DNA of 64,000 nt. Source: an uncultured Acidobacteriota bacterium (GTDB taxonomy: Bacteria > Acidobacteriota > Terriglobia > UBA7540). The notes beneath the pieces were generated by a model that saw nothing but the letters and a program-made list of their open reading frames with translations, searched no databases and was not told the DNA's origin. How positions within the stretch are numbered: the first letter of the stretch is position 1; every line of letters starts with the position of its first letter. The position numbers and the translations under genes were made by a program. The stretch lies in contig CAWDSK010000006.1 of NCBI GenBank assembly GCA_963804995.1, positions 1,152,001 to 1,216,000 of the forward strand, in the 5' to 3' direction. Below, piece by piece: positions 61,687-64,000 of the stretch.

Positions 61687-63282
61687 TCATACTTCTTCAC
61701 CTCCCCCTCCTGGCGCCGCCGGTTCCACCTTACTCTCCGGTTCCTGCGTGCCCGAAGGCCTATTTGATTCACATTCCTGGGAAGAAACGTCCGACTGGGA
61801 AGGCTCGGCCGGTGACGGGGCGCTCTCTAACTCCGCCTCTGACTCAGTTGCCGCAGCCTGCGCGGATGCAAGCTCCTCCTCTGCCGGAGCAGTCTCTGCC
61901 GGCACTTCTGCCTCTCCCGCTTCAGCGGTTTCAGAGGTCACAGTTTCCGCGGATTCTTGAGTGTCCGTCTCCTCCGCCGCCACTTCTGTTCCTTCCTCAG
62001 CGGAAGCCTCTTGGGACTGGTCGCGTTCAAAGTAGTCCGTCACGACGCGACGGATCCGGTCCACGGTCTTCTCTCCCACGCCTTGGATTTGCATCAAGTC
62101 TTCAGGAGTCATTTGCGCCAATTGCTCCACGCTCTCCAGGCCGTGGTCGCGCAGTTTCTGCAAGGTCTTATCGCCCAACCCCTTCAGTTCGGAGATGGGG
62201 GCCCCGCGCAAGGCCATGGCGGCCATCTGGGACTCGATCTCCTGCCGCTTCTCTTCCTCACTCTTGATGTCGATGTGCCACCCCAAGAGCTTGGCCGCCA
62301 GCCGCACGTTCTGGCCTTTCTTGCCGATGGCCAAAGACAACTGGGTGTCATCGACAATGACCTCGAGGTGCTTTTCCTGCATGTTGAGAACGGATACGTG
62401 ATTGATTTTCGCCGGGCTCAAGGCATTGGCGGCGAAAACCAGCGGGTCGTCGTTGTACTCGATGATGTCAATCTTCTCCCCGCGCAATTCCCGGATAATC
62501 GACTGCACGCGCATTCCCTTCATGCCCACGCACGCGCCCACGCAATCCACATCCGGGTCCTTGGAGTAGACAGCGACTTTGGTTCGCTCCCCGGCCTCTC
62601 GCGCCATGGCTTTGATGACCACCGTGCTATCGTAAATTTCGGGGACTTCCATCTCGAAGAGCTTTTGAACCAGCAGCGCGTCCGCACGAGAGACGACCAC
62701 CTGTGGCCCGCGGGCAGCGCGATCGACTTCCTTAATGACGGCGCGGATGCGGTCACCAATCTGATAAGTCTCCAGGCGCGATTGCTCCTTGCGGGGCATG
62801 CGCGCTTCCGTCCGGCCCAAATCTACGATGACGTCCGGCCCTTCCATGCGCTTCACGGTGCAGTTCACCAATTCGCCGACCCGCTGGTTATACTCCGCAT
62901 AGACCGTGTCGCGCTCGGCTTCCCGCACCTTTTGAAAAATCACCTGCTTGGCAGCCTGGGCGGCAATGCGACCCAGCACATCAGTGGCCTTGGGAATTCT
63001 CACCTCACCCTCGACCGCCACCTCCGCGTCGTACTTCCGAGCATCCTTCAGGCTGATTTCATGATCGGGGTCCTGCACGTCCTCGACGACCTTCTTCACC
63101 GCGTGAACCTCAACCAGGCCGGTGTCTTTGTTGAAGTGCGATTGCAGGTCTTCGGAAGTCTTGTAGTACTTCCGTGTGGCCACCAGGATGGCGTCCTCTA
63201 CCGCCGAGATGATAATCTGCGCATCGATACCCTTCTCGCGGCTCAACTGATCGATCGTCTGAAACAAAAGGCTTGTCGTCAC
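61687..63282 (-). CDS. nusA: Transcription termination factor NusA with long acidic tail
   Basis: GRIAAQAAKQVIFQKVREAER, EVPEIYD, GACVGMKG, AIGKKGQNVRLA. Confidence 0.98.
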   Translation of the reverse strand: MTTSLLFQTIDQLSREKGIDAQIIISAVEDAILVATRKYYKTSEDLQSHFNKDTGLVEVHAVKKVVEDVQDPDHEISLKDARKYDAEVAVEGEVRIPKATDVLGRIAAQAAKQVIFQKVREAERDTVYAEYNQRVGELVNCTVKRMEGPDVIVDLGRTEARMPRKEQSRLETYQIGDRIRAVIKEVDRAARGPQVVVSRADALLVQKLFEMEVPEIYDSTVVIKAMAREAGERTKVAVYSKDPDVDCVGACVGMKGMRVQSIIRELRGEKIDIIEYNDDPLVFAANALSPAKINHVSVLNMQEKHLEVIVDDTQLSLAIGKKGQNVRLAAKLLGWHIDIKSEEEKRQEIESQMAAMALRGAPISELKGLGDKTLQKLRDHGLESVEQLAQMTPEDLMQIQGVGEKTVDRIRRVVTDYFERDQSQEASAEEGTEVAAEETDTQESAETVTSETAEAGEAEVPAETAPAEEELASAQAAATESEAELESAPSPAEPSQSDVSSQECESNRPSGTQEPESKVEPAAPGGGGEEV

Positions 63283-63414
63283 TAGCTTGTCACCTCAGTA
63301 ATACTTCCCGATACCGGCAACCAGATTCAGCGACCCGATCACGGAGGATTGGAGCGGGGTAATGGCTGCCTCTGGCCCCCAAACCCTGGCCCAGGATCCC
63401 CAGCGCAGTTGCGG

Positions 63415-63870
63415 TTAGAACTCCACCACCAACTGGGCTTTCTGGATGTTCGTGAGATCAAGTTCCCGGAGACCACGTTCACCCAGGTCCAATCGAACCC
63501 GGCCGTTATCAAAACCTGCCAATCGCCCCTCAAAAACCTTCTGCTCGTCAACCGCTTCCCGCACCACCAGGCGCGCCCGCCGCCCGACGAAATGAGTGAA
63601 GTCGCTCGGCTTGGAAAGCTTCCTGTCCAGGCCCGGAGATGAAACCTCCAGCAGGTACCTCCCCGGGAAGGGGTCCTCCACGTCCAGGATTGCACTCAAC
63701 TGTTCACTCACCAATTGGCAATCAGCGTGTGAAACCCCCTCAGGTTTATCGATATAAACTCGCAGGAGGGGATTTGAGCGGCCCCCTTTGAGCTCCACAT
63801 CTACAACGGTCAATCCTTCGGAAGTCGCCACACGCTCAACCATCTCCCGGATTTTGTCCACATCCACCAT
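63415..63870 (-). CDS. rimP: Ribosome maturation factor RimP
   Basis: LRVYIDKPEGVS..DC and Y.LEVSSPGLDR.L. Confidence 0.97.
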   Translation of the reverse strand: MVDVDKIREMVERVATSEGLTVVDVELKGGRSNPLLRVYIDKPEGVSHADCQLVSEQLSAILDVEDPFPGRYLLEVSSPGLDRKLSKPSDFTHFVGRRARLVVREAVDEQKVFEGRLAGFDNGRVRLDLGERGLRELDLTNIQKAQLVVEF

Positions 63871-63944
63871 TGGTCCTGGCGCCTACGCACTCCCGTCCGC
63901 TGGCGAGTCTGCGACGAGGCGGACCCGACCGATTCCGGCCTAAC

Positions 63945-63967
63945 AAAAAAGTGGGCTTTCGCCCACT
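63945..63967 (-). terminator. rimP-leader hairpin / intrinsic attenuator
   Basis: Minus strand AGTGGGC-GAAA-GCCCACT-TTTTT about 75 nt upstream of rimP. Confidence 0.75.
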
Positions 63968-64000
63968 ATGTGCGTTCGCCAAGTAAAGTATAGCCCTTGC

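Overview
Bacterial chromosomal window, most likely Acidobacteriota (inferred from gene order and protein style). Two housekeeping blocks are present: lysS-lolC/E-lolD-clpC-bamA-skp and rimP-nusA-infB-DUF503-rbfA-truB. Around them lie metabolic and regulatory genes: cspA, a URO-D family protein, a CDF transporter, a GH42 beta-galactosidase, sqdB with two GT28 paralogs, Crp/Fnr, and an orphan rpoZ. The window is rich in mobile and repeat DNA. Two nearly identical group II introns sit at the same nucleotide of a REP-like palindrome. A complete IS1595-family element (23-bp TIRs, 8-bp TSD) carries a proteasome-beta-like passenger gene. There is also a RAYT transposase with GTAG REPs, a Phd-RelE toxin-antitoxin pair, a four-helix-bundle pseudogene bracketed by inverted heptamer arrays, six fixed-spacing sigma28-like motifs in non-coding DNA, and several dispersed palindrome families. 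Single-base frameshifts in bamA, truB and one intron RT may be assembly errors. No CRISPR array, tRNA or rRNA was recognised. All calls are by eye, without database searches.
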